A stretch of DNA of 64,000 nucleotides from an uncultured delta proteobacterium (lineage in GTDB: Bacteria > Myxococcota_A > Polyangia > Polyangiales > Polyangiaceae), in NCBI GenBank assembly GCA_963806225.1, contig CAWDXG010000004.1, forward strand, positions 288,001 to 352,000, written 5' to 3'. Positions 53,839 through 64,000 of the stretch are shown here, one piece after another. The position numbers were made by a program, and so were the translations under genes. The notes beneath the pieces are model-generated. The model had not been told where the DNA came from and made no database searches. It saw only the letters and a program-made list of their open reading frames with translations. Each line of letters starts with the position of its first letter. Position 1 is the stretch's first letter.

Positions 53839-56001
53839 ATGGAGACACGCATCACCTACTGCCGCATCTGCGAAGCCGCCTGCGGTCTTCTCGCAGATGT
53901 CGAAGGCGACGAGCTCCGCGCCCTGCGCCCCGATCCCGATCACGTCGTCTCGCGCGGCTTCGCCTGCGCCAAGGGAACGCGCTTCGGCGATCTGCACCAG
54001 AGCCCCGATCGCGTCGACCATCCGCTCATGCGCGAGGGCGAGCTCCTCGAGCAGACATCGTGGAACGCCGCCATCTCCGACATCGGCCAGCGGCTGGCGC
54101 GCATCCGCCGCGCGCACGGCCCGCACGCCGTCGGCGTGTACGTCGGCAACCCGAGCGCCTTCAGCTACTCCACCACGCTGCTTTCCATGGCGTTCATCAA
54201 GGGCCTACGCACGAAGAACGCCTTCAACGCCGGCTCGCTCGACTGCAACAACAAGTTCGTGGTCTCGCGCCGCATGTTCGGCTCGCCCGCCTTGCACCCT
54301 GTGCCCGATCTCGACCGCGCGCACTTCGCGCTGCTCGTCGGCACCAACCCCTCCGTCAGCCAGAGCTCGTTCATCAACGCGCCGCGCATGATCGAGCGGC
54401 TCAAGGGCATCGAGGCCCGCGGCGGCAGCGTCATCGTCGTCGATCCGCGCCGCACCGAGACGGCGAAGAGCGTCGGCACGCACCTGCCCATCGCGCCCGA
54501 CACCGACGCCGCGTTCCTGCTCGGCCTGCTGCACGTCGTCTTCGCCGAACAGCTCGAATGCCGCAGCAAGACTTGCCGCCACGCGCGCGGCCTCGATGAA
54601 CTGCGCGCCGCGAGCCTTCGTTTCCCACCGGAAAAGGTCGAGCGGGCAACGGGCATCCCGGCCGCCACCCTGCGCGACATCGCGCGGCGCTTCGCCCTGG
54701 CCAACGGCGCGTTCTGCCACGTCTCCACCGGCGTCAACCAGGGCCGCTACGGCAACATCGCCTACGCCGCCAAGATCGCGCTCGAGCTCGTCACCGGCAA
54801 CCTCGACCGCGAAGGCGGCGCGCTGATGCCGCACGGCGCCATCGACGCCGCCGGCCTGCTCGCCCTCTCGCGACTGGACCGCGAGCCCCGCTGGAAGAGC
54901 CGCATCGGCAACCTGCCGCCGGTCATGGGCGCCCTGCCCGCCGCGATCCTCGCCGACGAGATCCTGACGCCCGGCGCGGGGCAGATCCGCGCGCTCGTGG
55001 TCATCGCCGGCAACCCTCTGCTCAGCGCACCCGACGGCACGCGCCTGCGCCGCGCACTGCAGCGGCTCGAGCTCTGCGTCTCGATCGATCTGTTCCAGAA
55101 CGACACCGCCGCCTACGCCAGCCACGTGCTGCCGTGCACCGACTTCCTCGAGCGCGACGATCTACCGCTCGCGCAGATGCAGCTCCAGCCGGTTCCCTAC
55201 GTACAGTACACCGAGCGCGTGGTGACGCCGCGCGCCGAGCGCCGCGAGGAGTGGCGCATCCTGCTCGACCTCGCCCGCGCCGCGCACGTCCCCCTGTTCG
55301 GCTCGCGCGCGGCGGATCTCGCGCTGCGCGCCACGCTCTCCACCGTCGGACCGCGCGCCATGGTCCTGCCCTTGCTCACCGGAGCGCTCGGACCGCGCCC
55401 GCGCCACGTGCTCCGCGAAAACCCGCACGGCGTGCTGGTCCGCCGCGAACGCCCCGGACAGTTCCTCTCCGGTCGCATCCAGACCCGTTCCGGCCGCGTC
55501 GAGCTCTTCCCCCAGGAAATCTATGCGCAGCTCGGCGAGCTCGAACGGAGCCTGGAAGAGCCGGCGCGCGGCGGGCCGGGCCTGGTGCTCAAGCTGATCA
55601 CGCGCCGCGAGCGGCTCGGGCACAACTCGTGGATGCACGCCAGCCGCGCGCTGCGCACCGGCGAGCAGCGCGCCTATCTGTCACCCGCCGACGCCGAGCG
55701 CCTGGGCGTCCGCCATGGCGATCGAGTGCGCCTGAGCACCGACAGCGGCAGCATCGAGCTGCCCGCCGAACCGAGCGACGAGATCGTGCCGGGCGCCATC
55801 GCCGTTCCCCATGGCTACGGCCACGAAAAGCAGAGCGGCTGGCACGCCGCGCGCCTGCGCGGCGGCGCCAACGTCAACCTGCTCGCCGCCTCGGGCCCCC
55901 GCGCCGTCGACCCCCTGAGCGGCATGTGCCGCTTCGTCGGCATCCCCGTCCACGTCGAACGCATCGCCGACCGCCCCAGCATCGCCCCACACGGCGCGTA
56001 G
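53839..56001 (+). CDS. Molybdopterin-dependent oxidoreductase
   Basis: CRICEAACG...CAKG Fe-S motif, VVDPRRTETA, C-terminal molydopterin-binding domain. Confidence 0.92.
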   Translation: METRITYCRICEAACGLLADVEGDELRALRPDPDHVVSRGFACAKGTRFGDLHQSPDRVDHPLMREGELLEQTSWNAAISDIGQRLARIRRAHGPHAVGVYVGNPSAFSYSTTLLSMAFIKGLRTKNAFNAGSLDCNNKFVVSRRMFGSPALHPVPDLDRAHFALLVGTNPSVSQSSFINAPRMIERLKGIEARGGSVIVVDPRRTETAKSVGTHLPIAPDTDAAFLLGLLHVVFAEQLECRSKTCRHARGLDELRAASLRFPPEKVERATGIPAATLRDIARRFALANGAFCHVSTGVNQGRYGNIAYAAKIALELVTGNLDREGGALMPHGAIDAAGLLALSRLDREPRWKSRIGNLPPVMGALPAAILADEILTPGAGQIRALVVIAGNPLLSAPDGTRLRRALQRLELCVSIDLFQNDTAAYASHVLPCTDFLERDDLPLAQMQLQPVPYVQYTERVVTPRAERREEWRILLDLARAAHVPLFGSRAADLALRATLSTVGPRAMVLPLLTGALGPRPRHVLRENPHGVLVRRERPGQFLSGRIQTRSGRVELFPQEIYAQLGELERSLEEPARGGPGLVLKLITRRERLGHNSWMHASRALRTGEQRAYLSPADAERLGVRHGDRVRLSTDSGSIELPAEPSDEIVPGAIAVPHGYGHEKQSGWHAARLRGGANVNLLAASGPRAVDPLSGMCRFVGIPVHVERIADRPSIAPHGA

Positions 56002-56039
56002 CCCGACCCAAGGCCGCGCGTCGCGACAGCGCCGACGCG

Positions 56040-56391
56040 ACGCGCCGTCGCGTTCGAGCCGCGCCGTCGCGTTCGAGCCGCGCCGTCGCGTTCGAGCCGC
56101 CGCGCCGTCGCGTTCGAGCCGCCGCGCCGTCGCGTTCGAGCCGCGCCGTCGCGTTCGAGCCGCCGCGCCGTCGCGTTCGAGCCGCGCCGTCGCGTTCGAG
56201 CCGCCGCGCCGTCGCGTTCGAGCCGCGCCGTCGCGTTCGAGCCGCCGCGCCGTCGCGTTCGAGCCGCGCCGTCGCGTTCGAGCCGCGCCGTCGCGTTCGA
56301 GCCGCCGCGCCGTCGCGTTCGAGCCGCCGCGCCGTCGCGTTCGAGCCGCGCCGTCGCGTTCGAGCCGCCGCGCCGTCGCGTTCGAGCCGCG
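56040..56391. repeat. Tandem 19/22-bp repeat GCCGCGCCGTCGCGTTCGA, about 17 copies
   Basis: Visible periodicity. Confidence 0.93.
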
Positions 56392-57145
56392 CCGACATTT
56401 CTCCGGACATAACCGGTTATGTCCCCCGCCAGTGACGCCCGCTCCGCCCTGCGCGCCCCGCCCGCCGACATTTCTCCGGACATAACCGGTTATGTCCGCT
56501 CCAGCGACGCCCTCTCCGCCCTGCGCGCCCCGCCCGCCGACATTTCTCCGGACATAACCGGTTATGTCCCCCGCCAGTGTCGCCCTCTCCGCCCTGCGCG
56601 CCCCGCCCGCCGACATTTCTCCGGACATAACCGGTTATGTCCCGCTCCAGCGACGCCCGCTCCGCCCTGCGCGCCCCGCCCGCCGACATTTCTCCGGACA
56701 TAACCGGTTATGTCCGCTCCAGCGACGCCCTCTCCGCCCTGCGCGCCCCGCCCGCCGACATTTCTCCGGACATAACCGGTTATGTCCCCCGCCAGTGTCG
56801 CCCGCTCCGCCCTGCGCGCCCCGCCCGCCGACATTTCTCCGGACATAACCGGTTATGTCCGCTCCAGCGTCGCCCGCTCCGCCCTGCGCGCCCCGCCCGC
56901 CGACATTTCTCCGGACATAACCGGTTATGTCCGCTCCAGCGACGCCCTCTCCGCCCTGCGCGCCCCGCCCGCCGACATTTCTCCGGACATAACCGGTTAT
57001 GTCCGCTCCAGCGACGCCCGCTCCGCCCTGCGCGCCCCGCCCGCCGACATTTCTCCGGACATAGCCGGTTATGTCCGCTCCAGCGACGCCCTCTCCGCCC
57101 TGCGCGCCCCGCCCGCCGACACTTCTCCGAAAATAACCGGTATCG
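56391..57145. repeat. REP-like array 3: 10 units plus 1 degenerate; 20-bp palindrome GGACATAACCGGTTATGTCC
   Basis: Cores from 56408 to 57060 at 72-73 bp spacing. Confidence 0.92.
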
Positions 57146-57200
57146 CCCTGAGCGACGCCACACCTACGACGAGGCCGACACCGTCGTGGGGCGGGCGGCG

Positions 57201-57737
57201 TGCTGCGCTGCGGGCATGGGTGCCCCCACGCCTTCCGCCGCGGGTCGGCCGGCGTGCTCGGCCGCTGGGCTGCGCTGCGGGCATGGGTGCCCCACGCCTT
57301 CCGCCGCGGGTCGGCCGGCGTGCTCGCCCGCTGGGCTGCGCTGCGGGCATGGGTGCCCCACGCCTTCCGCCGCGGGTCGGCCGGCGTGCTCGCCCGCTGG
57401 GCTGCGCTGCGGGCATGGGTGCCCCACGCCTTCCGCCGCGGGTCGGCCGGCGTGCTCGGCCGCTGGGCTGCGCTGCGGGCATGGGTGCCCCACGCCTTCC
57501 GCCGCGGGTCGGCCGGCGTGCTCGGCCGCTGGGCTGCGCTGCGGGCATGGGTGCCCCACGCCTTCCGCCGCGGGTCGGCCGGCGTGCTCGGCCGCTGGGC
57601 TGCGCTGCGGGCATGGGTGCCCCACGCCTTCCGCCGCGGGTCGGCCGGCGTGCTCGCCCGCTGGGCTGCGCTGCGGGCATGGGTGCCCCCACGCCTTCCG
57701 CCGCGGGTCGGCCGGCGTGCTCGCCCGCTGGGCTGCG
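57201..57737. repeat. Tandem 66-bp repeat, 8 copies
   Basis: CATGGGTGCCCC at 57215, 57282, 57348, 57414, 57480, 57546, 57612, 57678. Confidence 0.93.
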
Positions 57738-58306
57738 CGCGCCGGGGCCCGCCAAGCGCGGCGCTCCGCGCCGCGCGGGGGCCCAACGTCCGCTCGGTCG
57801 CGCGGTATGTCGCTGTAGCATTTTGCTACGATTCAGGGCGCTATTGGCGCGCTTCCGGGCGCACATTGTGGCATAATGCCACATCTTGTCGGCCGTGGGC
57901 GCGATGCGCGGCTTGGACTGTGGGGACCCTCGGGCGGGCGGAGGCGGGCGGGCGGACAAGGGGCGGGGCGCGATGCGACGCGGGGCTGTTGCGACGCGGA
58001 AGGACGGCCCGCCGAGCACCGCCCGTGAGGGCCCCCGGGCGCGCGCAGCCCCGAGAGCGCGGGGCGGAGCCCCGCCACGGCCGAGGGCGAGCACGGCCGG
58101 GCGCGATTGTGTCGTGATCCGCCGGGGGAGCATCCTGGCGGGGAGGATCGGGGCCGGACGTTGCAGGGTCCCCTGCCCGTGCTCCACGCCCTCATGCCCA
58201 ATATTGCGCCCACCCCCACCGTTGAGCTAAGACGCTTCGCCCGCGCGGCCCAGCGCCGCGCCGGAACGGGTCGGGCGCTGCCCAACCCGTTGAAAATGCG
58301 AGCTTC

Positions 58307-58379
58307 GCCCAGGTAGCTCAGTTGGTAGAGCAGCGGATTGAAAATCCGCGTGTCGATGGTTCGATTCCGTCCCTGGGCA
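58307..58379 (+). tRNA. tRNA-Phe(GAA), CCA not encoded
   Basis: GCCCAGG/CCTGGGC acceptor stem, GCGGA-TTGAAAA-TCCGC anticodon arm, GGTTCGATTCC T-loop. Confidence 0.97.
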
Positions 58380-58439
58380 CAAATCGATGGGCAATCCGTG
58401 GGCGTGATTGCCCACGCGAGCCCAGCGCACGAAGGCCCG

Positions 58440-58680
58440 AAGCGACTGCCTCGACAGCGGGACCGGCGATTTCCGGTAGTGCCCAGTCGAGCGGCGCCGG
58501 CAGTCCGAGCCCGAGCTCTGCGGCGTGCCGCGCAGTGCGGCGGTAGCGGTTGATCATGACCGACGAGCGGTGCCCGGTGCGGTCGCTCACCCACGCTTCG
58601 GACTTGCCGACCGCGAGGTCCAGCGTGACGCACGTGGCGCGGAGGCGGAGCGGACGAAGCAGTCGATTGGCGCTAGTCTC
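58440..58680 (-). pseudogene. C-terminal relic of a phage-type tyrosine integrase next to the tRNA
   Basis: LRATCVTLDLAVGKSEAWVSDRTGHRSSVMINRY (box II with TGH and catalytic Y); the rest is missing. Confidence 0.7.
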
Positions 58681-58700
58681 GCCCGGCAGCCGCGCCGGTC

Positions 58701-60081
58701 ATGAGCGACTCCAACTCCAACGCCCTGCTGATCACACCGGAGGCGACGCTTGCGAGCGCGCTAGAGGGCGTCCTGCCCGACTCGATCGCAGTGGACCGGG
58801 TCGGGTCCGTCGACGACGCGCTCGCGCGCCTGGACCAATCGCCGTTCGAGGTTCTGCTTGTCGATCTCGGATCGTCGGCGGATGAAGCGCTCTCCCAGCT
58901 GCTCGAGCGCGCCGGCGAGACACCGGTCATCGCGATCACCGACGCGCAGCACGCCGCGCTTGGCGTCCAGGCCGTGCGCGCCGGGGCCCAGGACTTCCTG
59001 CGCAACCCGTTCGATCCCGACGAGGTGCTGTACGTGGTCGGCAAGTCGCTGAAGAGCGCCGCGCTCCACGCGGACGAGCCGCCGCCGTCGCTCCTCTTGA
59101 CGCCCGAGACGCCGATTCTCGGTACGTCGCGGGCGATGCAGGAGCTCCGGGCGACTCTCGCGAAGGCCGCCGATGGCGTGGCCACGGTGCTCGTGCGCGG
59201 CGAGAGCGGCAGCGGCAAGGAGCTTGTCGCGCGGCAGCTCCACGAGCTGAGCCCGCGCCGCCAGGGGCCGTTCGTCAAGGTGCACAGCGGGGCGCTGCCC
59301 GACAACCTGCTCGAGAGTGAGCTGTTCGGCTACGAGAAGGGCGCGTTCACCGGCGCGACGGCGTACAAGCCGGGTCGGCTGGACCTGGCGGCAGGCGGCA
59401 CGCTGTTTCTGGACGAGATTGGCGATATCAGCCCGGCGGTGCAGGTCAAGCTGCTCAGGGTGCTGCAGGACCGCGAGTACGAGCGGCTCGGTGGCACGCG
59501 CACGCTGGAGGCGGACGTGCGCTTCGTCGCGGCCACGCACCGCGACCTGGAGACGCTCGTTCGCGAGGGCAAGTTCCGCGAGGATCTCGTTCTATCGCTT
59601 GAACGTCGTGTCGTTGTGGGTTCCGCCGCTGCGCGAGCGCACGGACGACATCGAGACGCTGGCGCTTCACTTCTGCCAGGTCCACGCCGCCGGCAACGGC
59701 AGGAGCGGCGTGCTGCTCGACGTGGCGGCGCTCGAGCTCCTCAAGGCGCACAAGTGGCCGGGAAACGTGCGCCAGCTCTCCAACTTCATCGAGCGACTGG
59801 TGGTCCTGGCGAACGGTCCACGCATCCCTGCCGAGGACGTGCAGCGTGAGCTGTCGCGGCAGGAAGGCACGCTCGGTTTTGCCGCCGCCAGCGGCTTCGC
59901 CCCGAAGGTGAGCGCCGACAGCGGTGTGGTCGAGCTCGCCGCGGCGCTCGAGAAGGCCGAGCGCCGCGCACTGGAGAAGGCGCTGAAGAGCGCCCAGGGC
60001 AACCGCAACGTGGCCGCGCGCCTGCTCGGGATCAGCCGCCGCAGCCTCTACTACAAGCTGCAGGAGCACGGCCTGTCGTAG
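58701..60081 (+). CDS. Sigma54-dependent activator, REC-AAA-Fis HTH (frameshift near 59590)
   Basis: [44 protein letters not shown]. Confidence 0.93.
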
Positions 60082-60087
60082 GCGTCG

Positions 60088-60150
60088 GGGTGCAAGCCCT
60101 TGCACCCGAGCGCAAGGCGCTGCCCACGCGGGGTGCAAGCCCTTGCACCC
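60088..60150. promoter_or_regulatory. Two identical palindromes GGGTGCAAG-CC-CTTGCACCC, putative enhancer-binding sites
   Basis: At 60088-60107 and 60131-60150, upstream of a -24/-12 motif. Confidence 0.7.
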
Positions 60151-60187
60151 GGGCGCGGGAATCTACGGACCTACCGGCATTTCCTGT

Positions 60188-60203
60188 CGGCACGGCAGTT
60201 GCT
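60188..60203 (+). promoter_or_regulatory. Sigma54 -24/-12 promoter
   Basis: CGGCACGGCAGTTGCT matches GG-N10-GC and the TGGCACG-N4-TTGC consensus. Confidence 0.8.
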
Positions 60204-60235
60204 CAAGGCCTGCCGTCCCACGACAGGAGAAAACC

Positions 60236-62558
60236 ATGATTCGTACGACCACCACCACTTCCTTGATCCTCGCGGCTGTTCTGCTCGGCGGTTGCACCAA
60301 CGGCATCGGCAGCGGACAAGGCGGCGCTGCTCCGGACGCGACCAGCGCGCATGCCGACGACGGCGACGGCGTACCCGCCGATCAGGACCTGTGCCCGGGC
60401 ACGGCGGCCGGCGCAGCGGTGGACGGCAACGGCTGTTCCGCCGAGCAGCGTCAGGCCCAGCAGAACGCCCACGCTGAATGGTGGAGCGGCTGCCGGCGGC
60501 AGCCCCGGGCACGACGGCGGGCTCGTCGGGCGGCAGCGCGCAGACCGGCAGCGACGGCCAGGTGGCACCCAACGGCTTCGCGAAGTTCGTGCTCGACCCG
60601 AAGGGCCCGGTGCCCGTCACGCTCGAGACGCTCGCCCAGAACGTGAAGAAGACCGACCACGGCTTCGACCTCGAGGGCACCGTGCTGATCGAGGTGCCGG
60701 GCAACCAGCACGTCACGCTTGCCGAGGCCAACGTGAAGCTCGAGTACGACAGCACGAAGGGTGAAGGCCTGCAGTCGTTCAGCGGCACGGCCGAGCTGCC
60801 TTTCCCGGACATCGGCTTCATGCAGGGCGTCCACGTCGACGACCCCGTCTACGCTTCGGTCGGCTACGACCTCGGCAAGAACATCCAGAACGTCAACGCG
60901 CCGATCGAGAAGGACCGCAAGTACTTCTACTTCACGTTCTCGGCCGGGCTCAGCGCCCAGATCGGCAAGCTCGACGTGGGGACGCCGGTGAACCAGAGCG
61001 TAACCATGACGCTCGACCCGTCGGATCCTTCGTTCTTCATGCGCGCGTCCCTGGGCGGTCTGATGGGACCGGTCGAGGACGCCAGCGTCGGCTTCTCGAT
61101 CGGCGGGCACCTGCCGTTCACCCCGGAGAACACCTGGGGCATCGACGCGACGAAGGCGACCTTCGACGGCCACATGTGGGTCGGCGGCAAGGTGAGCCTG
61201 CAGGATCTCGAGCTGCCGCTCGCGGTCGGCGGCAACACGGTGATCGATCTCGACCCGGACAACGACGGCAAGACCGTGTTCCAGGATCCAGCCCAGGGCT
61301 TCACGTTCGGCTCGAACTCGGAGCTCGACGTGAGCTTCGACGCCGGCGTGCTGTCGCTGGAGATCCCCGTGAGCCAAGGCGACCACGGTGGGGCACGTGG
61401 ACAGCAGCGGGGCGTGGGCCATGTACAGCGGTCACACGCACGCCGGCGACGACTGGCTGCCTGCCGACTACGTGCCGATCAAGAACCCGGCGGACCTGCT
61501 GGTGGCGGGCTACGCCTCCACGCAACGTCACCGACAGCTACTACAAGGCCGAAGGCGACATGAAGCTGGACGCTGGCACGCTGGGCAAGTGGACGGGGCT
61601 GAACCTGGACGACCTGGCCATGGCCCAGGCCACGCTGGACATCGACCAGAACGGCGTGAAGGTCACGGGCAAGGCCTCCACCAGCATCTCGCCCGTGATC
61701 GGGCTGAACGGCGACATCGACGCGGTCGGCTTCTTCAACGGCGATCCCGCCGGCTGGTACGTCACGCTCGACGGACGACTCGCCGTCAAGGGCATCGATC
61801 TGTCGTCGTCCGCCCACGCCAAGCTCGACAAGAACGGGTTCGTGGTCAGCGGCAAGATGCAGACGCCGGTCTCGCTGATCGCGATGAGCGGCAGCATCAA
61901 CTCGTCCGGCATCGACCTCGAGGGCAACGCGAACGTCACGATTCCCATCGAGGCCGGCAAGCAGGTCGTGCAGACGGTCACCGACGCGGCGATCTGCGGC
62001 ACCCAGTACGTGACCGACGGCGCAATCTGCGGCTACCAGACGGTGACCGACGGCGCCAAGTGCGGCTACACAGCAGTCACCAGCGCGGCCCAGTGCGGTT
62101 ACACCACGGTCACCAGCGCAGCGGAGTGCGGATACAAGACGGTCACCAGCGGCGCGATCTGCGGCTACCACACCGTGACCGACATCATCCAGTGCGGCAT
62201 CGACATCCTGGGTGGCGCGAAGTCCTGCAAGGTGGCCAACACCTGCAAGACGGCGGCGAGCTGCCAGGTGGCGGCGACCTGCAACGTCGCCAAGACGTGC
62301 AGCGTCGCGAACAGCTGCCAGATCGCGAAGACCTGCAACCAGACCGTGACCATCCCGAACTACAACTACGGCACGTTCACGGGATCGGTCGACGTGAAGA
62401 TCGGCGACAGCGGCCTGGACGGCACGGTCAGCGGCCAGTACTGCCCGGCCAGCGGCAGCTGCACCACGCTCGGCAGCGGCTACGTCAAGGTGACCAGCGG
62501 CACGCCCGAAGCCTGCGTCAGCGTGAGCGGCCTCGGCGACTTCTGCGCGCAGTTCTGA
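60236..62558 (+). CDS. Large lipoprotein with beta-rich body and Cys-repeat insert (several frameshifts)
   Basis: AGGAGA RBS, LLGGC lipobox; continues through the 60478 and 61176 frames. Confidence 0.7.
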
Positions 62559-62813
62559 TCGCCACCGAGCCAGGCCAAGCGGCGCCGGTTTCCCTCGGGG
62601 AGCCGGCGCCGCGGTCTTTTGTGCGACACGAGACCCCGGAGTTGTTTGAACGCCCCGCGTGACGCGGTAGCCCGGCGACGATGCCGCTCGATGCCGGACA
62701 GCGCCAGCCACCGGATTTCCAGGCTTCGAGTCGCACCCGCCACTCGGCGGTGCTTCCGCGCGCTTGTAATCCGCGGCGGAATGCGTCGAGACTCCGCGCC
62801 ACAAGGAGACGCC

Positions 62814-63776
62814 ATGAAGACCAAGATCACCGAACTGTTCGGCATCCAGCATCCGATCATCCAGGGCGGCATGCACTACGTGGGCTTCGCAGAGCTCGCC
62901 GCGGCGGTGTCGAATGCGGGCGGGCTCGGGATCATCACGGGCCTCACCCAGCCGAACCCGGAGGCGCTGTCCGCAGAGATCGAGCGCTGCAAGGGAATGA
63001 CGGACAAGCCCTTCGGCGTGAACCTGACGTTTCTGCCCGCCTTCGCCGCGCCGGACTACCCGGGCTACATCGACGCCATCCTGAACGGCGGCGTGACCAT
63101 CGTGGAGACTGCCGGCAGAAACCCGCAGGAGTACTTGCCCGGGCTGAAGGCTGCCGGCGTGCGCATCATCCACAAATGCACGTCGGTGCGCCACGCGCTG
63201 AAGGCCGAGAAGATCGGCTGCGATGCGGTGTCCGTGGACGGCTTCGAGTGTGGCGGTCACCCCGGGGAGGACGACATCCCCAACATGATCCTGTTGCCGC
63301 GGGCCGCCGACGAGCTGTCGATCCCGTTCGTGGCCTCCGGCGGCATGGCCGACGCACGCTCCCTGGTCGCGTCGCTGGCTCTGGGCGCTGAAGGCATGAA
63401 CATGGGAACGCGCTTCATCGCCACCAGAGAAGCGCCGGTGCACGACAACGTGAAGCAGGCCATCGTCGCCGCCTCGGAGCTGGACACGCGGTTGGTGATG
63501 CGCCCGCTACGCAATACCGAGCGCGTGATGAACAACGCCGCCGTCGAGCGCATCCTGGAAAAGGAGAAGGCACTCGGCAAGGACCTGCAGATCCAGGACA
63601 TCATCCAGGAGGTCGCGGGCGTCTACCCGCGCATCATGCGCGAAGGGGACATGGACGCCGGCGCCTGGTCCTGCGGCATGGTGGCGGGCCTCATCAGCGA
63701 CATCCCCACCTGCAAAGAGCTGATCGACCGCATCATGAGCGAGGCCGAAGCCTTGATCCGCGGGCTGCTCGCGTAG
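62814..63776 (+). CDS. Nitronate monooxygenase / FabK-like flavin oxidoreductase
   Basis: HPIIQGGM, DGFECGGHPG, ASGG, MGTRF. Confidence 0.92.
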   Translation: MKTKITELFGIQHPIIQGGMHYVGFAELAAAVSNAGGLGIITGLTQPNPEALSAEIERCKGMTDKPFGVNLTFLPAFAAPDYPGYIDAILNGGVTIVETAGRNPQEYLPGLKAAGVRIIHKCTSVRHALKAEKIGCDAVSVDGFECGGHPGEDDIPNMILLPRAADELSIPFVASGGMADARSLVASLALGAEGMNMGTRFIATREAPVHDNVKQAIVAASELDTRLVMRPLRNTERVMNNAAVERILEKEKALGKDLQIQDIIQEVAGVYPRIMREGDMDAGAWSCGMVAGLISDIPTCKELIDRIMSEAEALIRGLLA

Positions 63777-63849
63777 CCGGTGAGGGCGCGCCTCTGCCGC
63801 CTCTCGTTTTTCACGCAACTGCCGCCGCCCGCGTCCGATGAGGGACGCG

Positions 63850-64000
63850 ATGCAGGACACGACGAAAGCTCCGGCGGAGTCCATCGCGGTCGGCGCCTGC
63901 GTGCCGGGCACGCCGTATCGCGTGGTCGGCATGCTCGGCGCAGCGAACGCCGGCAGCGTGTACGAGGTGGAGCACGTGGAGCTCGGCAAGCGTTTCGCGC
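63850..64000 (+). CDS. Start of a Ser/Thr protein kinase-like gene (partial)
   Basis: PGTPYRVVGMLGAANAGSVYEVEHVELGKRFA resembles kinase subdomains I-II. Confidence 0.6.
   Translation, partial: MQDTTKAPAESIAVGACVPGTPYRVVGMLGAANAGSVYEVEHVELGKRFA

Noticed and set aside
48043..57145. 72-bp-period palindromic arrays as CRISPR
   Set aside because: The linkers are themselves repeated rather than unique, there are no cas genes, and a RAYT-like gene explains them better.
47076..58187. Arg/Ala/Pro-rich ORFs across the tandem repeats
   Set aside because: These are stop-free translations of GC-rich repeats in several frames, with no protein features.

Overview
High-GC bacterial window, probably Myxococcota/Polyangiales (inferred from a MYXO-CTERM-type sorting tail, an AgmX/PglI-like protein and many Gly-Ser-linker lipoproteins). 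It has three parts. (1) About 1-25.9 kb: an accessory array of eight direct copies of a 172-173 bp non-coding repeat, separated by 0.85-3.8 kb unique spacers. The spacers are unrelated DNA pieces, usually cut mid-gene at their ends. The last repeat lies about 90 bp downstream of an ISCR/IS91-like rolling-circle HUH transposase and resembles its oriIS end. Copies next to the transposase are identical, distal ones have diverged, and one copy is split by an IS4-family element with a 10-bp target duplication. This looks like a polarised, transposase-built DNA-capture array with gene-sized spacers, and it is the main candidate novel system. (2) About 25.9-47.3 kb: core genes (B12 radical SAM, lon, clpX, clpP, tig, parAB, glnD, lpxB and others), many with single frameshifts that are probably long-read indel errors. 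(3) About 47.4-64 kb: a RAYT/TnpA-REP-like Y1 HUH gene with three arrays of a palindromic REP-like unit and adjacent short tandem repeats. This part also holds bioB, a pilT-like gene, a molybdopterin oxidoreductase, tRNA-Phe with an integrase relic, and a sigma54 activator with its apparent enhancer, promoter and target gene.
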